Part shown: piece by piece, positions 24,053-36,892 of the stretch
Numbering within the stretch: position 1 is the first letter of the stretch
Layout: every line of letters starts with the position of its first letter
Assembly (NCBI RefSeq): GCF_963921235.1
Contig: NC_086108.1
Location: 33,916,001-33,980,000 of the forward strand
Origin: Mobula hypostoma
Taxonomy: Eukaryota
DNA: 64,000 nucleotides
Direction of reading: 5' to 3'
The notes under the pieces: generated by a model
Seen by the model: the letters and a program-made list of their open reading frames with translations, nothing else
The model's database searches: none
What the model was told of the DNA's origin: nothing
Position numbers and translations under genes: made by a program

Positions 24053-24489
24053 ATCCAGATCATTAATATACAAAGTTTGTATATGACAAACAACATTGGA
24101 CCCAGTACAGATCCCTGAGCTACACACACATCATCAAAGTTTTAATTTTCATCAATAATCAGCTACACACACATATGATCAATGCCTTACTGTTCCAACA
24201 GTTCTGCTGTAGATGTTGTTCAGGAAGGGAGCTGGTAGTTAATATAAAAAGTTACAAACACAGGCTCACAACTTAAAGTAACTTCTGATCTTGTATTCAA
24301 TGTCAATGTTGTTAGTTTTAATATTTGTAATTCAAGAGCTGTAGCACTGTATAGCATTGAATAACTATTGTAGATTTGCATATCTCAAGCTGGTTTCAAT
24401 TTTACATCCATTGCTTTTGTGGAACAAGTGGAATTGAAATTTAAACAAGCATATGTGTATGTCTAATACAAGCACATCTGATAAATGCA

Positions 24490-24722
24490 AATCACACAAG
24501 ATGCTGGAGAACTCAGCAAGTCAGGCAATACCAGTTTAGGGAAATAAGCAGACAAAGTTTCAGGCTGAGACCTTTCATTAGGACTCATTACTGATGAAAG
24601 ATCTTGGCCTGATGCATCAACTATTTATTTTTCTCGGTATTGGTTGACTGAACTGCTGAGTTTCTCTGGCATTTTGTGTGTGTTGCTCAAGATTTCCCAC
24701 ATCTGCCATGTCTCTTGTGTCA
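24490..24722. mobile_element. Inverted pair of Penelope pLTR fragments (fold-back)
   Basis: ACACAAGATGCTGGAGAACTCAGCA mirrored by TGCTGAGTTTCTCTGGCATTTTGTGTGT; degenerate hammerhead cores on both arms. Confidence 0.75.
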
Positions 24723-26259
24723 TAAGTCTGGCTGAATTTTCAAAATGATTCAGTTGAACTGAACTTGGCAATATTCATTGCCTTACACTCTGACAAGAGA
24801 TGTTAATGTTCAAGTCTGTAGTGCTGGAAATTATAACAAACATTGTGTGAGTGAATTTCCAGGCAATGAAATCTGAGGAGCACAGTGTGAAAAGGGAATG
24901 CAAAATGGGCCACCAGATGGGGCTATTGCTAGAAAAACTCATAGCAGCAGAAGATCGACCTTTGGTCTGCAGTTCTGGTCTACAGCAGCACCTGACATGG
25001 GACACTATAAAGTCTATTTCTCTTACCACAGATGGTGCCTAACCTGCTGAATGTTTCCAGTAATTTCCGTTTTCTAGATTTCTACCTGCAGCTTTTTTTT
25101 GATTTTTGTTACAAACCTTAACTGGGAAATTGTATAACAATTACCGAGTACACAGAAAATCTTCACAATTCTCAAAACACTGGAGGAACTCAGCAGGTCA
25201 GGCAGCATCCATGGAAGTGAGCAAACAGTCAATGTTTTGAGATTCAAGCTTAATCTTAGAAAGGGAATTAAACTTGAAACAGAAAAAGTAGGTCTGCATG
25301 GAGAAAGTGAAGAGAGTTAGTCTCTTTCAAAGAGTAGGCCTTAGCACAGTGGTCCAAACAGCTTCTAGTTTTTTGTTTGATCCTAAGGGTGGTGCTGTGA
25401 CCTGATATCACATGAATGTACTTTGGAAATAATATGGTAGTATTACTACTTTTAAATTGGTTTCATTAGTTGGTGGTATTATTTGCTCAGCCTTCAAAAT
25501 CATCCATATAACACATCAGCACAAGAAGGAAGCTGTTCAGTTAAAAACAGAACTCTGCAGATATCAAAGATAAAAATTAGAAAGATTTTCAGATAGATTT
25601 TGTCTCCATCCCCAGGGCAAATTCCAAAAACTCCTTTGGTTGATTGGTCAACAAAGGAGGTACATCATTGTTTTCTTCTGACGCAAGTGCAAACAATGAT
25701 GACAAACCTGTTTTATTTCACATTGGCTTAAATCTCTGCATGCTTTAGCAGTTTAGCAGTGCTGCAATTTGGTGGAAATCATTAGATCATGCTAATTATC
25801 CCAACTTGTTAATCAACTTTTAGAATGCAGAAGTATTTGTGTTTTGTAAGTGGGAGACATATCATGAAGTTTTTTGGCATTTATGGTTGTGGGTTCAAGC
25901 CCCTTTCTAAGATGCAAGGGCCCACTTCAGGCTGACATTCTCAGGGCAGTAGCGAGGAAGAAGTGAACCTACAGAAGTGTCATCTTTTGGTTCACTTGCC
26001 ATGGAGATTTGCTTTCTGGGATGAGGGGATTGTGTAAAGAACCATGAAGCCATTAGCCCTATACTTAGGAGTTGAGAAGAATGAGAAGTGATTTTATTGA
26101 AACACAGGACTCTGAGGGGCCAGAATGGGGTCAATGGCTCACTGGTGCCTAGGCGGACTGGTTGTTGGGTATCTGGGCTATGATATTGAGTTTGTAGATG
26201 GTGGGGTTAATAAAAGGATTGCCTGCCTGGTTGCTCTGACTGCAATTGCAACGAAAGAC

Positions 26260-28475
26260 TTCATTATAAAACCTGTTCTAAAATTCACAGAATGGATCGA
26301 ATTGTAGAACCGGGTAGGGCAAACGGAGAGGGATGTGCTTTGTTGTCAATTCCTGTCGGTGCTTCAAAGTGGCCATTCTGTCAAACTCATGTTCCCTTGA
26401 CTTGGAGTACCTAATGGTCAAACGCAGATCATTCCATTTACCTCGGAAGTTCACACCCGTGATCCTCTCGACAGATAATATACCTACCTATAAGCAAGCA
26501 CTCATATATAACACAGCATGATGTCGTCTGCAAACAAGAAAGAACCCATTCCGACGCAGTTCAAATTATACTCAGAAACTTCAACCAGGCTTGTTTGAAG
26601 AAAACCCTGTCCAATTATCACCAGCACCAGAGGTCCCAACTAACTAGACCATTTCTATACCATTATAAGGAATGCCTACCTTTCCTTGCCCAGACTGTAT
26701 TTTGGTAAATCAGATCATTTGACTGTCCTACCTGCATACAGGCAGAGCCTAAAAAGCAAGGCTCCAGAGATTAGGACAACTAAGCGGTGGTCACAGGAGA
26801 CAGAGGAACAATTACAGGATTGCTCTGAGTTAGTGGACTGGGCTGCTTTCCTCATCTAGAGACCTGAATGAATATACAGTACCATGGTTGTAACAGACTT
26901 TATTAAAACAGCTGTAGATGAGTGTATCCCCACAAAGTCATCCAGTCTTCCCCAACCAGAAGCCTTGTGGATGAACCATGAGATCCAGAATCTATGAAGG
27001 AGCAGATCAAAAGCATTCAAGTCTGGAGACCGAGAGAGCCATGAGAGGTGTAGGTATGATCTCTGGAATGCCATCTCATGGGTGAAGTGGAGACTCTAGA
27101 TGAAACTTAAATCAACGAGGGATGTTCAACAGTGGTGGCAAGGCTTGAACGTTATCACCTCCCACAAAGTTAAATCAAGGGACGGGAGAGAGAGCAGGGC
27201 TTCACTTCAATGAGCTGTAAGGCTTCTATGCTCGCTTTCTCTGTCAGAACATAAAGGAAACATTACGAACCCTGACACCTCCGGATGATCTTTGATCTCG
27301 GTTTCTAAAGCTGACGTGTGGGATGCCTTCAGGAGGGTGAAGCCACGGAGATCATCTGGTCCGGACGGGGGTACCTGGCCATGTACTAAATACCTGTGCT
27401 AACCAACTGGCTGGTGTGCTCACTGAGATCTTTAACCTCTCGTTTCATCAATGTTTAGTACCCATCTTCAAGATGGCTTCAGTTCTGCTGATGCCCAAGA
27501 AGAGTTTGGTGACTTGCTACAATGACTATCTCTCAGTTGCACTTACATCCTCAGTGATGAAGTATCTTGAGAGGCTGGTGATGAAACCTATCAGCTCCTG
27601 CCTGAAAGGCTACTTGGATCCGCTCCAATTTGCCTACTGGAGCAACAGGTCCACAGCAGATGCCATCTTATTGGCTTTTCACTCCATCCTGAAACATCTG
27701 GACAGCAAAAGTGCATAAATCAGGATGCTCTTTATTGACTACAGTTCTGCATCAAATATCATCATCCCCTCAAAACTAATCAATAAACTCCAAGACTTTA
27801 GTCTCAATACTTCTTTTTGCAATTGGATCCTGGATTTCCTCACATATAGACCCCAGTCAATTCAGATTGGCAACAGTATCTCCTCCATGATATCGATCAG
27901 CCTGGGTGAATAACAAGGCTGTGTGCCTAGCCCCCTGCTCTACTCACTTTATACTTATGACTGTGTGGCTAAGCACAACTCCAATGCCATATTAAAGTTT
28001 GCCGACGACATCACTTCTGTAGGCCAAATCAAAGATGGTAATGAATCAACATACAGGAGAGAGATTGAAAATCTGGCTGGGTGGTGCCATAGCAACAAAC
28101 TCTCGCTCAATGCCAGCAAGTCCAAGGAACTGATTGGAGATTTCACGAGAAGGAAACCAGAGGTCCATGAGCCAATCCACATTGAAGGATCAGAGATGGA
28201 GAGTGTTAGCAACTGTAAATTCCTAGGTGTTACTATTCCAGATGACATGTCCTGGGCCTAGCAGTAAGTGCAATTGCAAAGAAAGCACAGCAGTGCCTCT
28301 ACTTCCTTTGAAGTCTATGGAGACATCTAAAACTTTGACAAACTTCTGTAGGTGTGTAGTGGAGAGTGTATTGACTGGCTGCGTTGCAGCCTGGTGTGGA
28401 AACACCAGTTCCTTTGAATGGAAAACCATAGTGGATTTAGCCCAGTATATCACGGGTAAAGCCCTCCCAACCACC
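26260..28475 (+). mobile_element. Rex1/Babar LINE, degenerate EN-RT
   Basis: [62 protein letters not shown]. Confidence 0.88.
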
Positions 28476-28524
28476 AAGGACAAGCACAAAGGGTTGAATT
28501 CAGGATTGATGGTCAGCAGAGTCT

Positions 28525-29530
28525 TCAAAGTTCAAAGTAAAATTATTATCAAAGAACCTACAAGTATATGTCACCATATAAAACCCTGAAATCAATCTTC
28601 TGTTTGCAGACAATCACAGTAAACACAAGAAACGGAATAGAATCATTGAAAGACCATGCCCAAATGGATGGTCAGCAAACAAAGTTCAAAACTAAAACTG
28701 CAAATAAAAAGATAGAGAAAATAGAACTAATAATAATAAATATGCAATAAAAATCGAGAACATGAGATGAGTCCTTGAAAGTGAGTCCTGTTCAATGGGA
28801 ACAGTTCAGTGATGGGATGAGTGAAGTTATTCCCCCAAACGAGCCTAATGGTTGAGGAGTAATAACTGTCCTAGACCAGTGGTGTGGGACCTGGCTCTTG
28901 TCCCACCTTTCTGTTGGCTGTAGCGAGATGAGAGTATAACCTGGGTGATGGGGGTCCTTGATAATGGATGCTACTTTCCTGCGACAGCACTCCTTATAGA
29001 TGTGTTCAGTGGTGGGAAGGGCTTTACTCATGATGGACTGGGTTGTATCCATTACTTTTTGTAGGACTTTCTATTCAAGTACACTTTTTCTTCCATAACA
29101 GGCCAGTCAATATACTCTCCAGTTAAAATATATAGTAGCGAGCTAGTGTTCTTGGGTTCAATGTCCATTCAGAAATCGAATTGCAGAGGGGAAGAATCTG
29201 TTCCTGAATCACTGAGTGTGACAGTGGAATTTAAAGTTGCTGACCCTCTCCACCTCTGATTTTTCTGCCCCCCCCCCACAACCCCCGTGCGGACTGGCTC
29301 ATGGACCTCTGGTTTCCTCCTCCTGAAGTCAATAATCATCTCCTTGGTCTTGCTGACATTGAGTGAGAGGTGGTTGTGGCACCATTCAGCCAGATTTTCA
29401 GTCTCCCTCCTATATGCTGATTCTTCACCACAGTGATTTGGCCGACGACGGTGATGTTGTCAGCAGACTTAAATATGGATTTGAGCTGTGTTTAGCTTCA
29501 GTCATTAGTATAAAGCAAGTAGAGCACACC
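28525..29530 (-). mobile_element. Rex1/Babar LINE 3' fragments
   Basis: DTTQSIMSKALPT...SIIKDPHHPG; tail reverse-complementary to the (TGAACTT)n tail at ~43200. Confidence 0.75.
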
Positions 29531-30669
29531 GACTTGGTGGATCAAAGGGTCTTTTTTTGTGCAGCATAACAACAACATAATCTGTATCAATTCATAATTG
29601 TCTACTAAACAACATGTACATCAGTTCTATACAGTTCTTTTCACTTTCAGATAAGAGCAATTTGCCATAAATAATGCACTGATAGTTTGTATGTTACACC
29701 ATCATCTCCATAGCAGCTTTAATGTTGAGATTGTGGTCCCCTTTTTTGAATTATAAATGTTCTTATGAGCTTGTTATTTCATCATAACAAAGCAATGTAA
29801 TATTTTCCATTTTCATTATTTTTAGCTCACACGTTACCAAATTTAATAGAAATCCCAGTGATCTGATTTGAACAACACGGGTATCTCTCATAATATGAAA
29901 TCAAATTCTACTTCCTATTAAAAATAGTACATAAATGCACTGTTCTTTATGCTGTTAAACATTGTTCATGTACTTGATGGAATTAGCATTCTTTCTATAA
30001 GAAAATTACTAGGTACTAATGACATTTTTTTTTAAAAAAGCACCTAATTATCTAATGTTCCACATGAACCACAGCACCTCCAACAGTAGAGTAAGCTTCA
30101 GTTTCAGCCTTGAATTGTCATCCTAAATCCGATTTTCAGGTGTCTGGAGTGCAATAAGAATCCACAATTTTCTTTGATTACTACCATTTACACTGAGACT
30201 GACAAGTACCAGTTACAAGTATTTGGAACTATAGAGTGGTTCATCTCAGAGATGGGAAAAACTCCCAAGAGGTCTTGTTATTCTGCCAAGAGAAAGCTCT
30301 TGTTAACTGATGAACAAACACAAGTTAGTTGTTTGTTGTTTCATAATTCTATCAAAATAAATGAATCTCTATACTTAAAGTCAAGTGAAAATTGCTACAT
30401 ATTTTTTCTCTCTATTCATCAATACTTTCATGTAGTATTGAACTGCTGATAATCATTTTACAAAGGTTTGTACATGAACAGAATTCATATGCCGGTCTTC
30501 TGCAGGTGACAACAGGGTTCATTGCTGTGAATATCCCTCATGACAGATGATGGCAGCAGCCACCATTTGTCCTTAAGTGAGGCATTTGTAACCTGGGGAC
30601 GGTGGCTTAATGCTCATTCTGCAACTAACACCCAACCTATGATCTAATAATAGACAAACTTTGAGAGGA

Positions 30670-33600
30670 ATAGAATAGCATGGATGTAATTTTGAGACTT
30701 TGAGGCATTTGTCACTGTACATTTGGAGTACTTTGAGCAGTCCTGGGCCCCATATCTAAGAAAGGATGTGGGCCCCATATCTAAGAAAGAATGTGCTAAC
30801 ATTAGAGATGGTCAAAGAAAGCTCAGAAGAATGATCCTGGAAATGAGAAGGTTAATGTTTGAGGAGGGCTTGAAGGCTCTGGGCCTGCTCTCACTGGAGA
30901 TGAGAATGAGGGGTTGGGGGAAGGGGGAATCTCATTCCAAATTACTGAATATTGATAGGCCTAGGCAGAGTGGATGTGGAAAGTATGTTTCCATCTAGCA
31001 CCAAAGGAAGCGCCTCAGAATAGAAGGATGCCCTTTTAGCAATGAGGAGGAATTTCTTTAACCAGTAGATGATGAATCTATGGAATTCATTTCCACAGAT
31101 GGCTAAGGAGGCCAATTCATTGGGAATATTTAAAGTGGACATTGGTAAGATTTTGATTAGTATGGGTGTCAAAGATTATGTATCAGTATCACAATGGAAT
31201 AAAGGGAATTGCAGAGGCATGAGAAAGGAGCTTGCCCAGGTGGATTGGAGGAGGATACTGGAGGGGATGACAGCAGAGCAGAGGTGGCTGAAGTTTCTGT
31301 GAATAGTTTACAAGGCACGGGATAGATATGTCCCACAGAGGAAGAAGTTCTCAATTGGCAGGAGTAGGCAACTGTGGCTGGCAAAGGAAGTTAAGGACTG
31401 CATAAATGCCAAGGAAAGGGTATATAAGGTAACAAAAGTGAATGGGCAGTTGGATGATTGGGAAACTTTTAAAATCCAACAAAGGGTAACTAAAAAGCTT
31501 TAAGAAGGGAAAAGATAAAATATGAGGGCTGCTAGCCAATACTATATGGGATACCATAAGTTTTTTTTGTTATATAAAGAGTAAAAGGGAGGTGACTGTT
31601 GATATTGGACCACTGGAAAATGATGCTTGTGAGGTAGTAATGGGGAACAAAGAAATGGTAGATGAACTTAACGAGTACTTTGTATCAGTCTTCACTGTGG
31701 AAAACACTAGCATAGGTCTGTGAGTGTCAGAGAACAGGAGTGAGTGCCATTGCTATTACAAAGGGGGAAAAGTGCTAGACAAACTCAAAGGTCTTAAGGT
31801 GGATAAGTCACCTGGACCAGGTGGACTGCATCCCAAAGTCCTGAGAGAGGTTGCTGAAAAGATAATGGATGCGTTGGCCACAATTTTTCAAGAATCACTT
31901 GATTCTGGCATGGTCCCCGAGGACTGGAAGATTGCAAATGTCACTCCACTCTTTAAGAAAGGAGGAAAGCAAAAGAAAGGAAATTATAAGCCAGTTAGCC
32001 TAAGCTCAGCGGTTGGGAAAGAGATGAAGTCCATGATTAAGGATGAGGTTTTGGGGTACTTGGAGAATAATGACAAAGTAAGTCAAAGTCAGCATGGTTT
32101 CTGGAAAGGAAAATCTTGCCTGACAAATCTGGTGGAGTTCTTCGAGAAAGTAACAAGCAGGGCAGGCAAAGGAGGGGCAGAGGATGGCATTTACTTGGAT
32201 TTTCGCAAGGCCTTGGATAAGGTGCCATAAATGGGGCTGCTTAACAAGATAAAATCCTATGGCATTACAGGAAAGATACTGGCGTGGATAGTGAAATGGC
32301 TGACAGGCAGGAGACAGTGAGTGGGAATAAAGGGGGCCTTTTCTGGTTGGCTGCCAGTGACTAGTGACAGTCCCTCAGGTCAATATTGGAACCGCTACTT
32401 TTCACATTGTTTATCAGTGACCTGGATAATAGAATTGATGGCTTTGTGGCAAAGTCTGCAGATGATACGAAGATAGGTGGAGAGGTATGTAGTGTTGAGG
32501 AAGCAATGCGATTGCAACAGAACCTAGACAAATTGGAAGAATGGGCAAAAAAGTGGCAGATGGAATACAGTGGGAAATATATGATGCATTTTGGTAAATG
32601 ATACAATAATCTGGACTAATATCTAAATGGGGAGAAGGTTCAAACATCAGAGGTACAGAGGGAATTGGGAGTCCTCGTGCAAGACTCCCAGAAGGTTAAT
32701 GTACAGGTTGAGTCTGTGGTAAAGGAGACAAATGCAATATTGGCATTTATTTCAAGGGGAATAGAATATAAAAGCAAGGAGAGTGACATAGTTAATTCAG
32801 AAACAAAGGTTCTGAGAGTGACATAGTTAATTCAGAAACAAAGGTTCTGAACTTAAAGAGGGGTAACTTTGAAGGTATGAGACGTGAATTAGCTAAGATA
32901 GACTGGCAAATGACACTTAAAGGATTGACGGTGGATATGCAATGGCAAGCATTTAAAGGTTGCATGGATGAACTACAACAATTGTTCATCCCAGTTTGGC
33001 AAAAGAATAAATCAAGGAAGGTAGTGCACCCGTGGCTGACAAGAGAAATTAGGGATAGTATCAATTCCAAAGAAGTAGCATACAAATTAGCCAGAGAAAG
33101 TGGCTCACCTGAGGACTGGGAGAAATTCAGAGTTCAGCAGAGGAGGACAAAGGGCTTAATTAGGAAGGGGAAAAAAGATTATTAGAGAAAACTGGCAGAG
33201 AACATAAAAACGGACTGTAAAAGCTTTTATAGATATGTAAAAAGGAAAAGATTGGTAAAGACAAATGTAGGTCCCCTGCAGACAGAAACAGGTGAATTGA
33301 TTATGAGGAGCAAGGACATGGCAGACCAATTGAATAATTACTTTGGTTCTGTCTTCACTAAGGAGGACATAAATAATCTTCCAGAAATAGTAAGGGACAG
33401 AGGGTCCAGTGAGATGGAGGAACTGAGTGAAATACATGTTAGTAGGGAAGTGGTGTTAGGTAAATTGAAGGGATTGAGGGCAGATAAATCCCCAGGGCCA
33501 GATGGTCTGCATCCTAGAGTGCTTAAGGAAGTAGCCCAAGAAATTGTGGATGCATTAGTGATAATTTTTCAAAACTCGTTAGATTCTGGACTAGTTCCTG

Positions 33601-35750
33601 AAGATTGGAGGGTGGCTAATGTAACCCCACTTTTTAAAAAAGGAGGGAGAGAGAAACCGGGGAATTACAGACCGGTTAGCCTAACGTCGGTGGTGGGGAA
33701 ACTACTGGAGTCAGTTATCAAGGATATGATAACAGCACATTTGGAAAGCGGTGAAATGATCGGACAAAGTCAGCATGGATTTGTGAAAGGAAAATCATGT
33801 CTGACGAATCTCATAGAATTTTTTGAGGATGTAACTAGTAGAGTGGATAGGGGAGAACCAGTGGATGTGGTATATTTGGATTTTCAAAAGGCTTTTGACA
33901 AGGTTCCACACAGGAGATTAGTATGCAAACTTAAAGCACACGGTATTGGGGGTAAGGTATTGGTGTGGGTGGAGAATTGGTTAGCAGACAGGAAGCAAAG
34001 AGTGGGAATAAACGGGACCTTTTCAGAATGGCAGGCCGTGACTAGTGGGGTACCGCAAGGCTCAGTGCTGGGACCCCAGTTGTTTACAATATATATTAAT
34101 GACTTGGATGAGGGAACTAAATGCAGCATCTCCAATTTTGCGGATGACACGAAGCTGGGTGGCAGTGTTAGCTGTGAGGAGGATGCTAAGAGGATGCAGG
34201 GTGACTTGGATAGGTTGGGTGAGTGGGCAAACTCATGGCAGATGCAATTTAATGTGGATAAATGTGAAGTTATCCACTTTGGTGGCAAAAATAGGAAAAC
34301 AGATTATTATCTGAATGGTGGCCGATTACGAAAAGGGGAGGTGCAACGAGACCTGGGTGTCATTATACACCAGTCATTGAAAGTGGGCATGCAGGTACAG
34401 CAGGCAGTGAAAAAGGCAAATGGTATGCTGGCATTTATAGCGAGAGGATTCGAGTACAGGAGCAGGGAGGTACTACTGCAGTTGTACAAGGCCTTGGTGA
34501 GACCACACCTGGAGTATTGTGTGCAGTTTTGGTCCCCTAATCTGAGGAAAGACATCTTTGCCATAGAGGGAGTACAAAGAAGGTTCACCAGATTGATTCC
34601 TGGGATGGCAGGACTTTCATATGAAGAAAGACTGGATGAACTGGGCTTGTACTCGTTGGAATTTAGAAGATTGAGGGGGGATCTGATTGAAACGTATAAG
34701 ATCCTAAAGGGATTGGACAGGCTAGATGCAGGAAGATTGTTCCCGATGTTGGGGAAGTCCAGAACGAGAGGTCACAGTTTGAGGATATAGGGGAAGCCTT
34801 TTAGGACCGAGATTAGGAAAAACTTCTTCACACAGAGAGTGGTGAATCTGTGGAATTCTCTGCCACAGGAAACTGTTGAGGCCAGTTCATTGGCTATGTT
34901 TAAGAGGGAGTTAGATATGGCCCTTGTGGCTACAGGGGTCAGGGGGTATGGAGGGAAGGCTGGGGCGGGGTTCTGAGTTGGATGATCAGCCATGATCATA
35001 ATAAATGGCGGTGCAGGCTCGAAGGGCCGAATGGCCTACTCCTGAACCTATTTTCTATGTTTCTATGTTTCTATAATGCTAACCCTTTATAAGACACTAG
35101 TCAGGCTGCACTTGGAGTATTGTCAACAGTCTTGGGGGCCATGTCTCAGAAAGGATGTGTTGTCATTGGAGAGATTCCAGAGGAGGTTCACAAGGATGAT
35201 TCCATGAATGAAGGAGTTGACATGAGGAGCGCTTGGCAGCTTTGGGCCTGTACTCACTGGAATTTAGAAGAATGTGTGGGATCTCATTGAAACTTACCGA
35301 ATGTTGAAAGGAAAGGGTGGATGTGGAAAGGATGTTTCCTATGGTAGGGATATCTAGAACTAGAGGACGCAGCCTCAGAATTGAGGGGCGACCTTTTAGA
35401 ACAGGTAAGGAAGAATTTTTTAGCCAGAGAGTAGTGAATCTGTGCAATGCTCTGCCACAGACTGCGGTGGAGGTCAAGTCCATGGGTATATTTAAGGTGG
35501 ACGTTGATTGTTTCATGATCATTTTAGGCATCAAAGGATAGGGTGAGAAGGCAGGTGTGTGGGGTTGAGCCGGGAATGATGGAGTGGCAGAGCAGTGTCG
35601 ATGGGCTGAATGGCCTAATTCTGCTCCTATGTCTTGCGACCTTATAATGGGGAGGAGGCAGGAGACTGGGTTTGAGAAGGAACCAGCCAGCATTGAATGT
35701 TGGAGAAGACTCAATGGACTGAAAGGCCTAATTCTGCTTCTGTGTCTTTA
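30670..35750 (+). mobile_element. Three nested CR1s: outer 30670-31180 + 35646-35750; middle 31181-32778 + 35074-35645; inner 32779-35073
   Basis: Each host sequence resumes colinearly after the inner element's tail (AAGGAG|ATAATGCT; AAAGATTATG|GGGAGGAGGCAGG). Confidence 0.82.
32877..34995 (+). pseudogene. Young CR1 ORF2 RT domain, 5'-truncated, with two in-frame TAG stops
   Basis: 512-aa ORF 33252-34790 with all RT motifs (KSPGPDG, YRPVSLTS, QHGF, DFQKAFD, GVPQGSVLGP, FADDTK); 32877-33185 is in the same frame; stops at 33183-85 and 34788-90; end coordinate approximate. Confidence 0.9.
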
Positions 35751-36692
35751 CTCCTGTGTCTAACTCGTTCTCAGAACATGGAGGTCACTTTATTTAAGCT
35801 ATTTAGCATTTTTGAGTCAATTGCTAATCCCATTAGCTTTGGAATTAAGTTACAGGAACAAATTTGATTTTATGGTTTAAACATTTTTCACAATGAGCAT
35901 TTTTCTGCCATATCGGGAAATAACTCGTCATGTTCAATAAATTAAATAAAGTTCGAGAGTACTCTGTTTAACTGTTGTGCAATGCTAACATACCATGTCA
36001 TGTGAATATGAGTAAAGCATATGAACACTTGCTTGGTATTTCATCAGGAAAAGCCAAGACCAAATCATAGAAAAACTGGTGTTGTGGGCTTTGAACAAAT
36101 TTACTGTAGGTTGCCAAGTAATTGGCAAGGAAGTTAAGATATTTTGAGTTTCTATTGACTGACACACCCATCCATCTATATCCACCCTTTCTTGGAAATG
36201 AATTTACTGCATAATAATGAAATGTGAATTGATGAGCTTTCAGTGACTTGTGCATTTTGACATCCAGTTCTCTTGAATATAAACACTTACCACTCTGCCA
36301 CCATTTAAAATTACTCACTCTTTTCTGTTTGGTTCAATGAAGTGATAACAATTTCATAATCTCCATCTGCCATATTCTCACTAGTTCACTCAGATTCCCT
36401 GTTATATTTTCCTTTTACATCTTCCTCATTATGCACGATCCCATCTAATTTTGTACCATCAGCAAGTAATTTCCTCCAATGCACCTAATCCCACAGTCAC
36501 TGTTGCTGACGTAAGATCGCTCTTCCAGACAGTGGACCCGTGGTAAGCTTTCGGGTTGAATGTTGACCCTGACAGTGCCCTTAGATCCCATGTAGGTCAT
36601 CTGGAAGGGATGTTTGCAGATATTTAATCCTCTCCCTTCAGTCTGTTGTTCCCATCTGCTTTAAGAAGACCACTATTATCCAGGCTAACTGT

Positions 36693-36892
36693 GCCGGTGG
36701 TGTAGTGGCATCTGCTCCAGCCTTTGAGGTGAGCGGTGGCAGGTTCGAACGCAATCGACCCCTTGCACTCCTTCCATCTGTGCTGAGTTGTGTGTCGAGC
36801 TAGTAACCCGGCCTCGTGAAAACAGACAAACACTGAAGAAGCAGCAAGGTTGCCACCTGATATGCCATTTGGCGCAAAGAGGAGCAACGACT
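36693..36892 (+). mobile_element. tRNA-derived SINE related to 19674-19930 but with a different tail
   Basis: GCCGGTGGTGTAGTGG...GGTTCGAAC...CCTTGCACTCCTTCCATCTGTGCTGAGTT; ACTGT at both flanks. Confidence 0.72.

Larger units (their letters stand above)
21946..24121 (-). mobile_element. CR1 LINE 3' part, interrupted by a hAT element
   Basis: ORF 22053-22700 CR1 RT C-terminus; ISKYADDTK; QGSVLGP at the 5' end; (TTATATGG)n tail. Confidence 0.92.

Noticed and set aside
30746..30795. 25-bp tandem duplication as a CRISPR-like or functional repeat
   Set aside because: Two adjacent copies without a spacer inside a decayed CR1; simple slippage
33252..34790. 512-aa RT ORF as a domesticated host gene
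   Set aside because: Bounded by premature stops inside a 5'-truncated CR1 with a normal tail; ordinary young TE copy
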